Of a stretch of 64,000 nucleotides of DNA, positions 9,575 to 17,838 are shown piece after piece. The stretch covers positions 836,965 to 900,964 of the forward strand of contig OZ244656.1 in NCBI GenBank assembly GCA_965218825.1. The letters are read 5' to 3'. The stretch is from Vicinamibacterales bacterium (lineage in GTDB: Bacteria > Acidobacteriota > Vicinamibacteria > Vicinamibacterales > UBA8438). The position numbers and the translations under genes were made by a program. Numbering within the stretch: position 1 is the first letter of the stretch; each line of letters starts with the position of its first letter. The notes below the pieces were generated by a model, which saw nothing but the letters and a program-made list of their open reading frames with translations, had not been told where the DNA came from and did no database searches.

Positions 9575-9955
9575 GAAAATCAAAATCTCATTTCTGAGGT
9601 GCCTCGGGCCACGTTGTTCTCGTCGGCGAACATGCGACCGAACTGGTCAGAAACGAAACGACCTCGACGCCCACCGCTGCCGCGAGTGTGGAGGTATCGA
9701 CACCAACGGCTCGGCGTGCGCCGTCCCCCCCACCCCCGAATCTCGTCCAGATGAGCGGCGTGACCGTCCGCCTACTTTTGCGCGCAGTTTCGCAAAATTC
9801 TATTTTCGAATTTTCGGACGACCCCTTATGAACATTGACGAAAAAGCTGAGATCCCGGACATGGCGATCACCACGTGGCCCGACACAACGCTCATTTCTC
9901 GCAAAACGGTCACCGCGCGCCACCTCCGCCGGCTCCGCGCCGCGGCCCGTCGGCG
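9566..9955 (+). repeat. Modular repeat unit, copy 4 (L, R, orfA truncated after ~42 codons)
   Basis: Head-to-tail with copy 3. orfA starts at 9828 (MNIDEKAEIPDMAITTWPDTTLISRKTVTARHLRRLRAAAR). Similarity is lost near 9955. Confidence 0.8.
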
Positions 9956-10358
9956 TCCAGACCCAGGCCCGCAAGGCGTCGCCGTGGGGCGCCAGATCCG
10001 CCATCGGGACCCGGATCGTCCCCGGGCGCTCGACCCGCGCCTCGACCGTGGCGATCAGCCGCGCGATCCGGTCTGGGTCGAGCGTGCAGCGATAGACGTC
10101 GCGGAGCGTCACCCAACGGGCCGCGGCCATCCGGTGCAGCTCGAGAATCCAGCGCACGAGATTGACGTACGCCTGCCAAAACGGTTCTTTGCCCTTACCG
10201 AAGAGCTGGTTAATCAGGGAGATATTGCCAAATGTTGTGTCATGTGCGACCGTTGGTGATTGTCGGCGTCGCCCGGTCGGTCTGATCCGCCGCCGCGGCC
10301 GCGAGGTCGTGCATCCGCGCTTGGGGTGGAACGCATTGGCCGGGTGAGGGGCCTAATC

Positions 10359-10826
10359 ATGAAGAAATCCATTCTTGAAATTTACGCTTTAGCGGTCTGT
10401 TTTGTGGCTCTGGTATGCTTTGTCATTGCACTGGGGATCGGAGTGTACGACCTGATACAAATCGCCAACCCGGTGTTTACGATCAATGCGTACGAATACG
10501 ATCGACACCAGTCTAATGAAGCCTTTAGAAGGTTTCCGGGGCTGCATGGAATGGTAGGACCACGCCATCTGGCCTTCGGTTCCGGCGGGACCACTGGCGA
10601 AGTTGTTATCGAACCTGGAATTCCTATAGAACCTACGGCACCAGCAGCAAAAGAAGAGGTCACTCGACAGCGGGAAGAGAGCTACCAAGCGGCACTTCGG
10701 TCAGAGCGAAGGCGAGGGATGCAGAGTGTTCTACGGGTCGTGATTATCCTGGTGATCGATGTGCTGGTGTTTGTGCCTCATTGGTTCTTGGCCAGGAGAA
10801 TAAGAGATGCAAGCATGGTCAGCTAA
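10359..10826 (+). CDS. Small membrane protein, unknown function (155 aa)
   Basis: Hydrophobic N-terminal (ILEIYALAVCFVALVCFVIALGIGVY) and C-terminal (VLRVVIILVIDVLVFVPHWFL) segments. Locally AT-richer than the flanks. Confidence 0.55.
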   Translation: MKKSILEIYALAVCFVALVCFVIALGIGVYDLIQIANPVFTINAYEYDRHQSNEAFRRFPGLHGMVGPRHLAFGSGGTTGEVVIEPGIPIEPTAPAAKEEVTRQREESYQAALRSERRRGMQSVLRVVIILVIDVLVFVPHWFLARRIRDASMVS

Positions 10827-11185
10827 CGCACTTGTTCTCGCCATTTACCCAGGGCGCCACGCATACTACGTCAGGCCCTATGCATCCACCCAGGAGCCTT
10901 CGCCATGATTGGCACCCTCACAAGGAGCTCATCCAGGAGGACTGCCGCGGATAGAGATGGCACACCGGTCGGACCGGCGCGGGGACACGCCGCCCCGAAG
11001 CGTGGCCAGCAGGGCCATACGAACGATTGGCATCCCCCCCCGCGACTTCCATCGTGGCCCGGAACACTGAGCGTTCCACCGAGGGGCCGAAGATACAACT
11101 GCAGTCTGATTACTGTGCCGTCTCGACGCGAACGATACACTTGACGGGAGAAGCCCAGATACGCTTCGGCTACCGACAACCTCGA

Positions 11186-12005
11186 TCAGAGATCGTCGAT
11201 CGTTGCCCCTATCGCCGCGGTCTCTCCATGCGTTAGGCCGTCGTTCCTCCCCTCGAACGCTCCGCCAGTGTGCATCGCAAACTGCGACGCTGCTCGGTTC
11301 TGAAACTCTCCCTGCACCGTTCGGCGACGCGCGAACGAGAGAATGCAGGCGGCGCGCGCCCTCGTAATTGAGACGTACAGTAGGCGCGTCGCCTCAAGAA
11401 GCTGGGCAGGATAAGGTGTCTGGTGTTGGTTCGGCAGAAGGCCGTGCTCAAGCCCGGGGATAAACACGACGCGCGCGGACAGGCCCTTGGCTCCGTGCAT
11501 CGTCATAACTCGCACGCGATCCAGCTCCGGTGGCACATCCGCCGGGTCCACGCCCAAGCGCGTCGCCACTGCGCGGAGCACCTCGTTGCGCTGTTGCGCG
11601 TTATCGACCCAGATGTAGTCCCGCAACTCTGAAAGTAGCATGCCGTCAGCGAGTGGCGCGGCACACGCGTTCCACGCGGCCGACGCATCTGCGTCAATCG
11701 TCGATTCCACAATCGCACGCAGAGCGTGACGCCGCTGGCCGAGCGTATCCATAGGCGCCCAAGTGGCAATGGTGGCGCACGTCTGTCTCGCATCGTTAAG
11801 CGCATTCACTGAGCGCGTCGATAGCACTCCGTCCGGCAACTGGTCGTAATACAACCCACGAAAACTCGTCTGCGGCGTCGCGACAACGGCGGCACGTATG
11901 CTGTTACAGGTGCCGATGCCGACACCGCTCTTGAGTCCTAGCAACGTGCGGTGGGCGACAAGATCAGCCGGAATGCCGTTCTCGTCACGAGAGCCGATGA
12001 TGCGC
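11186..12005 (-). pseudogene. UvrD/Rep-type SF1 helicase, C-terminal fragment only
   Basis: VRVMTMHGAKGLSARVVFIPGLEHGLLP and LLYVSITRARAACILSF (helicase motifs V/VI). The reading frame continues upstream without a helicase N-terminus and abuts a partial modular repeat at ~12005-12011. Confidence 0.7.
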
Positions 12006-12010
12006 GACGA

Positions 12011-12251
12011 GGAGATCCTCGAGCCCTATACGGAGGAAGAACTTGCCGCCTACTACTACTGACGAGACCGACGACGCCCAAGGAATCCTCAAGATCATCA
12101 AGGCCACGGCGACCCTGCTCGCCGCGTCCGCCGAACTGCACAGCGCCACGTCCATCGCGGCGGAGGTCGCCATCAAGAGCAACGACCAAGGGAACATCCT
12201 GCAGGCGCAACACAGAATGCGCGTGATGGCGGAACAGCTGCGCAAACTCTC
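12011..12251 (+). repeat. Modular repeat unit, partial copy 5a (last 13 codons of orfA plus orfB)
   Basis: gagatcctcgagccctatacggaggaagaacttgccgcctactactactga, then orfB (ORF 12043..) ..ATATLLAASAELHSATSIAAEVAIKSN.. This orfB is out of frame with the L-junction TAG and reads through to 12441. Confidence 0.7.
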
Positions 12252-12514
12252 GATCTCTAGGAAAATCAAAATCTCATTTCTGAGGTGCCTCGGGCCACGT
12301 TGTTCTCGTCGGCGAACATGCGACCGAACTGGTCAGAAACGAAACGACCTCGACGCCCACCGCTGCCGCGAGTGTGGAGGTATCGACACCAACGGCTCGG
12401 CGTGCGCCGTACCCCCCCACCCCCGAATCTCGTCCGGATGAGCGGCGTGACCGTCCGCCTACCTTTGCGCGCATTTTCGCGAAATTCGATTTTCAAAATT
12501 CCGGGCGACCCCCG

Positions 12515-12880
12515 ATGAACATTGACGAAAAGTGCTCCACCCCGGCCACGGTGGCACAGATTTGGCCCGATACGACGCTCATTTCGCGCAAAACGATCCC
12601 CGAGCGGACCCTCCGCCGACGCCGCGCCGAGGCCCGCGCGAAGTGGCCGATGTACATGGCCGACGTGGCCTACCGGATCGAACGCCTCCCGCCGCCGCGG
12701 CGGCGACACCGACGGACCTGGGCCGAGCTCGCCCGCGACAATTTTCTCGCCAGCTTCCCCCCCGGGCTTCCCCCGTGGGCCTGTGAAGCCCTGAAACCAG
12801 AATTTCGGCCGCGCACCATGACGCTCGCGGAGATCCTCGAGCCCTACACGGAGGAAGAACTTGCCGCCTACTACTACTGA
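12515..12880 (+). CDS. orfA family small protein (121 aa)
   Basis: MNIDEKCSTPATVAQIWPDTTLISRKTIPERTLRRRRAEARAKWPMYMADVAYRIERLPPPRR...AAYYY*. Confidence 0.7.
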   Translation: MNIDEKCSTPATVAQIWPDTTLISRKTIPERTLRRRRAEARAKWPMYMADVAYRIERLPPPRRRHRRTWAELARDNFLASFPPGLPPWACEALKPEFRPRTMTLAEILEPYTEEELAAYYY

Positions 12881-13130
12881 CCCCGACGCCGAGTCGATAC
12901 GGCTCACCGCAGCCGAACTCCAGTTCGCGATGGAAACCAACCAGGCCGTCGCCCTGCTCTTTGGCGCGATCTCCATGCATCACCAGGCCATCGGGCGGGC
13001 CGCCGCGCCCGCCATCGCGAGCGAGGACATCGCGGTGATCGACAAGCTTCGGCACGTCCTGGTCGAGATGACCAAAATCCTCGAGGAGCTCGCGCAGCCC
13101 GCCACGGCCGCGCCGACGGTCGAATCATGA
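12861..13130 (+). CDS. orfB family small protein (89 aa)
   Basis: (M)PPTTTDPDAESIRLTAAELQFAMETNQAVALLFGAISMHHQAIG.. The end overlaps the orfC start (ATGA). Confidence 0.55.
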   Translation: MPPTTTDPDAESIRLTAAELQFAMETNQAVALLFGAISMHHQAIGRAAAPAIASEDIAVIDKLRHVLVEMTKILEELAQPATAAPTVES

Positions 13131-13570
13131 GCGGCCGCCGGCAGAAGATGAAACGCGCGCTCGAGCGCCAGCGCTACGTGCAGCGGTTCATGGCGACCTA
13201 CATCGCCGCGTTGCGCCAGATTCTGAAGCGCGCCTGGCCGGCGTACGAGCGGCGCCATCCGGGCACGCCCGGCCCCTGCCACACCTGCGCGTTCAACCCG
13301 AGCACGGACGCCTGGCGCGGATTCGAAAAGACCGCCTTCGGGCTCATGAACGCGATCCGGAAGGGCGAGCCGTTCTACTGCCACGAGGGCCTCACCAGGA
13401 GCTCCACCGGCGAGTGGTACTACGACCCGGCGCTCCCGCCGCCCGCCCGCTGCCGAGGCTGGGAGGCGATCGCCGACGAGCCCGAGACCGCCGGTGCCGC
13501 GGGCGTGGCCGCCAGGAAGATTGGTCCCGCCCCGACGTGGCCCTGGCGCTCGAAGCCGGAGCCCCGATGA
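13127..13570 (+). CDS. orfC family protein (147 aa), unknown function
   Basis: Paralog of 2346..2786 along its full length. Confidence 0.65.
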   Translation: MSGRRQKMKRALERQRYVQRFMATYIAALRQILKRAWPAYERRHPGTPGPCHTCAFNPSTDAWRGFEKTAFGLMNAIRKGEPFYCHEGLTRSSTGEWYYDPALPPPARCRGWEAIADEPETAGAAGVAARKIGPAPTWPWRSKPEPR

Positions 13571-13586
13571 CGGGAGTCTGCGGCCT

Positions 13587-14141
13587 ATGAAGCGCAATCC
13601 GAACAAGGGCACGCCCCGCGGCCGCAAGGCCATCCGCGCCTCGGTGGCCACCTTCGGCGCCGGCCGATCGATCGTCGTCGACAAGGACGGCGAGATCATT
13701 GCCGGCCATCATACCGCCGAGGCCGCCGACGCCGCCGGCCTCAAGCGCACGGTCGTCGACACGACCGGCGAGGAGCTCGTCGTCGTCCAGCGGACCGACC
13801 TCGAGGCCGGCGATCCCCGCGCCACCGGACTCGCGCTCGCCGACAACCGCACCGGCGACCTGAACCGCCGGTGGGACGCCCGCCAGGTCCAGGACGACGC
13901 CGGGCTGCTCGACGCCTCGACGCTCCAGATCTTCGCCCCCGTCGAGATGGCCGACTTCGCCGCGGAGCTCAACACGCCCGCCGCGGCCGCCGAGCCCGCC
14001 GACGATGACCACACCGTGCGACTGACGTTCGAAACGACGGACCAGGCCGCCCGCTGGGCCGCCTGGCTCGCGCGCCTGGCCGCACTCTTCCCCGAGGAGA
14101 CGACGCATGAAGCACGCATTGCCCGCGCACTTGATCTCTAG
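13587..14141 (+). CDS. orfD: ParB-like nuclease domain protein (184 aa)
   Basis: MKRNPNKGTPRGRKAIRASVATFGAGRSIVVDKDGEIIAGHHTAEAA..GL resembles the ParB/Srx N-terminal domain of phage ParB-like nucleases. Start taken at the internal ATG of ORF 13494..14141. Stop TAG lies inside the L junction. Confidence 0.65.
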   Translation: MKRNPNKGTPRGRKAIRASVATFGAGRSIVVDKDGEIIAGHHTAEAADAAGLKRTVVDTTGEELVVVQRTDLEAGDPRATGLALADNRTGDLNRRWDARQVQDDAGLLDASTLQIFAPVEMADFAAELNTPAAAAEPADDDHTVRLTFETTDQAARWAAWLARLAALFPEETTHEARIARALDL

Positions 14142-14453
14142 GAAAATCAAAATCTCATTTCTGAGGTGCCTCGGGCCACGTTGTTCTCGTCGGCGAACAT
14201 GCGGCCGAACTGGTCAGCAACGAAACGACCTCGACGCCCGCCGCTGCCGCGAGTGTAGAGGTATCGACACCAACGGATCGGCGTGCGCCGTACCCCCCCC
14301 CACCCCCGAATCTCGTCCGGATGAGCGCCATGACCGTCCGCCGCCCCTTGCGCGCAGTTTCGCAAAATTCGATTGCGCTATTTTCGGACAACCCCCCATG
14401 AACACTGACAAAAACGCCGAGATCCCTGCCACCGAGATCGCGATCTATCTCTA
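14133..14453 (+). repeat. Modular repeat unit, copy 6 (L, R, orfA reduced to 18 codons)
   Basis: Head-to-tail after copy 5. The mini-ORF 14398..14454 (MNTDKNAEIPATEIAIYL*) ends where a further L motif begins. Confidence 0.8.
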
Positions 14454-14479
14454 ATCTCTAGGGAAATCAAAATCTCATT
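14454..14479 (+). repeat. Isolated L junction motif (atctctagggaaatcaaaatctcatt)
   Basis: Same ~26-nt motif that opens copies 3-7. Here it is followed by unrelated sequence leading to the 3' end of the IS91-family transposase gene. Confidence 0.75.
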
Positions 14480-14750
14480 GTTGGTGGGTCCAGACACGAA
14501 TCGAGCAGAGTCCGCCGGCACGCGATAAACGAGGTGCGGCGGTAGGTGCGCTGTCATGGTGCCGGAGACGATTCTCCGACGGCCCTGAAGCGTGCCCTTC
14601 AGTGTGCGGGACGAATCTTGCGCCCCGGAGGGCGTCAAATCTCTTGAGGCTGACGGTTCGGGAGACCGCTGGGGAGGCGTTCTCGCGCGCGAGCAGCCAA
14701 TCAGTTCGAGGGCGGGTCAGCTCGTGGCGAGAGCCGGCACCGGCCCCTAG

Positions 14751-15863
14751 CTAGGCGCCAGTTCGTGCGGGGGACACCCGACGAGTCCAGCGCATCCGCT
14801 GGCCGGCGCGGTCGAGGAGGGGATCGACGCCGAAGCACTTTTGCAGTGACGTCGCCCACCGCAGTGGTCTCGGCTTCCCCAGCCGCTGCTGCCCCAGGAG
14901 CGCGAAGACCGCATCGTGGGTCTGCCCCTTCACGCGCGGCGCGAGGAGCCCAAAATACCGAATACCGTGGCGGTAGCGGTCGGGGATGTGATCGGCCAAG
15001 GTGGCCAGGAACACCGCTGGCGTGTACGTGGTCTCGACCACCCGTTTCGTGCGGGTGTCCTTCGTCATAAAGCATATTTCTTGACGGCCGATCGTGCGAA
15101 ACCGGTGTTGCGCGATCGGGGGGCGTCGAGCATACCGGCCCGCATATCCGAGGAACTGCTGCTTGCTCCGAAACCGTCGGATGTGGATATTCCACCAGCG
15201 CTCTGACTGTGCGGTGAGCAACTGTCGCAACGCGGGGCGAGACATGTCAGTGTCGAGCACCCTCCGCCGCGCGGCCTCCCGCAGGAACGTGATGACCGCG
15301 TCGCGCCACATCGCCATCAGGGCCTGCCGGTTCAATGGGGCTCGCGGCCGCCAGCCACGCCCATCCTCGTGGAGGCCGCCCTCGGAGACGAGGATATGCA
15401 AATGACAGTTGAAGTTCAGGTGGCGGCCAAAGGTATGGGGAATGACCATGATCATCAGGCGGATGCCGTATGTCTGCCGCGCCCACAGCTGGAGCACCTG
15501 CGCGCCCAGGACGGGCAGATCGTGCAGGAGATGCCGATTGCGCCGGAACACCGGCCACAGCACATCCGGCATGGTGAAGCACACGTGCGCGTAGGGGACG
15601 TCGGGGAGTTCCCGCCACTGGTCCCGCTGCCACGCGCGGGTGGCCTGATGCCCGCAACTGGGGCAGGCCCGTGATTTACACGTGTGATACACAACCCGCT
15701 CCTCCCGCTCGGAGGCAAAGACCTCCGCGCCGAGAGCTGCAGTGCCGCACGTGAGGACCTTCGCGAACGCCTTCCGCGCGTCGGGGCGGGTCTCGTCGCG
15801 GTCCCAGAGATCCTGATGTCGCTCGAGGAGCTGTCTGAGCGGGCGCGGGCTACCGTGGGCCAT
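14751..15863 (-). CDS. IS91-family Y2/HUH rolling-circle transposase (370 aa)
   Basis: Zinc-binding N-terminus YHTCKSRACPSCGHQ. HUH-type IPHTFGRHLNFNCHLHILV. Tyrosine motif GYAGRYARRPPIA. Confidence 0.85.
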   Translation of the reverse strand: MAHGSPRPLRQLLERHQDLWDRDETRPDARKAFAKVLTCGTAALGAEVFASEREERVVYHTCKSRACPSCGHQATRAWQRDQWRELPDVPYAHVCFTMPDVLWPVFRRNRHLLHDLPVLGAQVLQLWARQTYGIRLMIMVIPHTFGRHLNFNCHLHILVSEGGLHEDGRGWRPRAPLNRQALMAMWRDAVITFLREAARRRVLDTDMSRPALRQLLTAQSERWWNIHIRRFRSKQQFLGYAGRYARRPPIAQHRFRTIGRQEICFMTKDTRTKRVVETTYTPAVFLATLADHIPDRYRHGIRYFGLLAPRVKGQTHDAVFALLGQQRLGKPRPLRWATSLQKCFGVDPLLDRAGQRMRWTRRVSPARTGA

Positions 15864-16776
15864 TGGGGCGCGACTCCCGCAGCTCGTCGTACAGTGCCCG
15901 CGTCACCACCACGGCGCGCCCCGGCACGTCCGCGATCACGACGGTGAGGTCGGTCGGGCTGCAGGTCACGAGCCCACCCAGCACGGTGTTCGCGACGTCA
16001 GTCGGTCGACCGGGAAGACCAGATTCGAGGTGCGCCCCGATGAGCTGCCGGATCGTCTGCGTGAGGGCCCCGTGATGCTGATGCACCCGCAGGGCCGCGC
16101 GCTGCTGCTTCGGGCTCAGCGTGCGCCACTGCCAGGCCTTGTGGATGCTCACCGCACCCTGGAGAAGCCCGTCCCGGATCTCGGGGATCACGGTGCCCAG
16201 GAGCTGTTTGACCTTCGTGACGTTCCCGGTCGACACACGCGCCTCGCGGGCGATCTGCTGTCGCACGTCTGTGCGCTCGGCGTTCGTCAACTTTGACGAC
16301 AGCCTCGAGTGGCCCGCCGCTGGCTGTCGTCGGGTGCGTGCCCTGAAGGACGATTCCAGCCGTAAGGCCAGCACGATGCGGCAGAAGGCATTGAGCCCGT
16401 TGGAGATCCCGTGTCGTTCGATCACGACCCGCAACGCGTCTGCCTCGGTCAGGTCGCGTTCGAGACACGGCAAGCTCCGCCACCCCTGGTCTTTCGCCAC
16501 CTGCCATCGCGCGTGACCGTCGAGAATCGTGCCGTCGGGCGTAATTAAGAGCGGCTCGCGCCAGACCGCCGCTGACTGCTGCGCCACGCGGCGCACCCGC
16601 GGCGCCATGAGTGGCCCACACAACTCCAGATAGGTCGGATGCGGCCGCAACGTCGCGACCGGGCGAGAGACCAATCGATCGAATGCCAGCGAACTCTCGG
16701 TGAGGCTCGGCTCATGCCCCGTGTCACCCAGCGTGCCTCGCTCGACACGCAGACGCTTGCTGGCGGCGGGCCTCAC
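15850..16776 (-). CDS. ParB-like N-terminal domain protein (308 aa)
   Basis: LLITPDGTILDGHARWQVAKDQG (ParB/Srx core), followed by an HTH-like ..IAREARVSTGNVTKVKQL. Overlaps the upstream HTH gene by 4 nt and the downstream transposase gene by 14 nt. Confidence 0.7.
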   Translation of the reverse strand: MRPAASKRLRVERGTLGDTGHEPSLTESSLAFDRLVSRPVATLRPHPTYLELCGPLMAPRVRRVAQQSAAVWREPLLITPDGTILDGHARWQVAKDQGWRSLPCLERDLTEADALRVVIERHGISNGLNAFCRIVLALRLESSFRARTRRQPAAGHSRLSSKLTNAERTDVRQQIAREARVSTGNVTKVKQLLGTVIPEIRDGLLQGAVSIHKAWQWRTLSPKQQRAALRVHQHHGALTQTIRQLIGAHLESGLPGRPTDVANTVLGGLVTCSPTDLTVVIADVPGRAVVVTRALYDELRESRPNGPR

Positions 16777-16988
16777 CGCCCGCCCTCCGGGCGCTCACTC
16801 GTATGCTGGCGTGTTTGCTGGGCCAGCCAGCGTTCGAGATCGGAGCGCCGATAGGCGACACGTCGGCCAACCTTGACAAACGAGGGCCCGGTGCCGGTCG
16901 ATCGCCAGCGCTCAAGCGTCCGCGCGTTTGACTTCAGGAGGCTGGCGGCCTCCTCAGGGACATACAGCGGATCGGGCAGGTCAGGCAT
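16773..16988 (-). CDS. AlpA/excisionase-type helix-turn-helix protein (71 aa)
   Basis: LYVPEEAASLLKSNARTLERWRSTGTGPSFVKVGRRVAYRRSDLERWL. Start at the internal Met of ORF 16773..17186. Confidence 0.7.
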   Translation of the reverse strand: MPDLPDPLYVPEEAASLLKSNARTLERWRSTGTGPSFVKVGRRVAYRRSDLERWLAQQTRQHTSERPEGGR

Positions 16989-17091
16989 ACGGTTGGTCTC
17001 CCGCGGCCTCTCACGGAGCCGATGGGGCAAAGCCTGCCAGAATGAGAGCCTAAAGTGTGGGGACCAATCAGCGGCGTTTTGGTCCCCACTC

Positions 17092-17838
17092 TCAGCGCCG
17101 GCGAGCGTGCACCTCGGCGGCGAGTTCCGCCGGCGACAGATGTGCCAGGCGCCGGGGACGCGAGTGCCATTCGCCGCGACGGTCACCCTGTCGGTCGGCG
17201 TTGACGATCCACCAGTGGCACCGGGGCGAGTCCGCGTACACGACGGGGTCGAGGCGGGACATCACCCGCGTGTCCCAGGTCGTGGGCAGGCATTGAAACC
17301 AGCCCTGTTTCGCCCGCCGCCGCGCCCGGCGGCGGGCCTTCTTGAGCGCCTCTGGCGTACCGGCAAGGGCCGTGCCGCGGAAGGCGCACGAGGCTTCGTC
17401 CAGCGCCTCGTCCCAGGTCAACCCGTAGGCGCGGCGATTCGCCTCGAGGCGGTCCGCGATCAGCCAGTCGTGACACGCCCGCCTGTGCGCCCGCGCCCAC
17501 GGTTGAAACCGGGCCGGGGCGGCAGGCCGCGTGCCCGTCGGCGGCGTGGCCCCCGGCACGAACTCGGAGAGCCAGCGCTCCAGCGCCGTCACGACCCAGG
17601 CCGGTACCGGGTCGCCATACTGAGAGCAGTGGCGCACGGCTTCCACCAGCGCCGCGGCGTCGCCGATCCGCCTGACGCCCCGCCGATACCCGGCGAGACG
17701 CCTGTGCTCGGGCACCCACGGCAGCCCAGCCCCGAGATTGGTCGTCCACCCCGTCTTCATCACGCCTCGTGTGCCGGTCTTCTGCCAGGGTCGCCCCCCA
17801 CGGCCACTGGGCGGGCGTGCCGCGCGCCGACGCGTCAT
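17092..17838 (-). CDS. Hypothetical protein (248 aa) co-oriented with and overlapping the integrase gene by 4 nt
   Basis: No motif recognised. Its position (int stop/start overlap) suggests co-transcription. Confidence 0.45.
   Translation of the reverse strand: MTRRRAARPPSGRGGRPWQKTGTRGVMKTGWTTNLGAGLPWVPEHRRLAGYRRGVRRIGDAAALVEAVRHCSQYGDPVPAWVVTALERWLSEFVPGATPPTGTRPAAPARFQPWARAHRRACHDWLIADRLEANRRAYGLTWDEALDEASCAFRGTALAGTPEALKKARRRARRRAKQGWFQCLPTTWDTRVMSRLDPVVYADSPRCHWWIVNADRQGDRRGEWHSRPRRLAHLSPAELAAEVHARRR

Larger units (their letters stand above)
12252..14141 (+). repeat. Modular repeat unit, copy 5: the only complete unit (L, R, orfA, orfB, orfC, orfD)
   Basis: Bounded on both sides by gatctctaggaaaatcaaaatctcatttctgag. 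All four ORFs are intact and translationally coupled. Confidence 0.85.

Noticed and set aside
9956-10259. Minus-strand reading frame ..HDTTFGNISLINQLFGKGKEPFWQAYVNLVRWILELHRMAAARWVTLRDVYRCTLDPDRIARLIATVEARVER.. abutting truncated repeat copy 4.
   Set aside because: It looks like a genuine gene fragment (non-low-complexity). I cannot assign it to a family by eye, and it has no clear start or end, so it is not reported as a feature. A database search could identify it.
10871-11179. The 102-aa minus-strand ORF downstream of the UvrD fragment.
   Set aside because: It has no motif, no ribosome-binding-site context that I could see, and a composition typical of chance ORFs. It could be a remnant of the partner gene of the truncated helicase, but there is no evidence for that.
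1356-14479. The repeat family as a diversity-generating retroelement (template/variable repeats) or a retron.
   Set aside because: No reverse-transcriptase ORF is visible anywhere in the window; the only YADD string is inside the DUF2971-like protein. Differences between copies include all substitution classes plus indels, so they are not adenine-specific. The most conserved part is non-coding rather than the C-terminus of a target gene.
1356-14479. The repeat array as an integron or CALIN cassette array, with L/R as attC sites.
   Set aside because: No intI-type integrase lies adjacent in the appropriate orientation. The L/R sequence shows no R''-L''/L'-R' imperfect palindrome with GTTRRRY cores. 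The repeated unit itself contains up to four genes rather than separating single promoterless cassettes.
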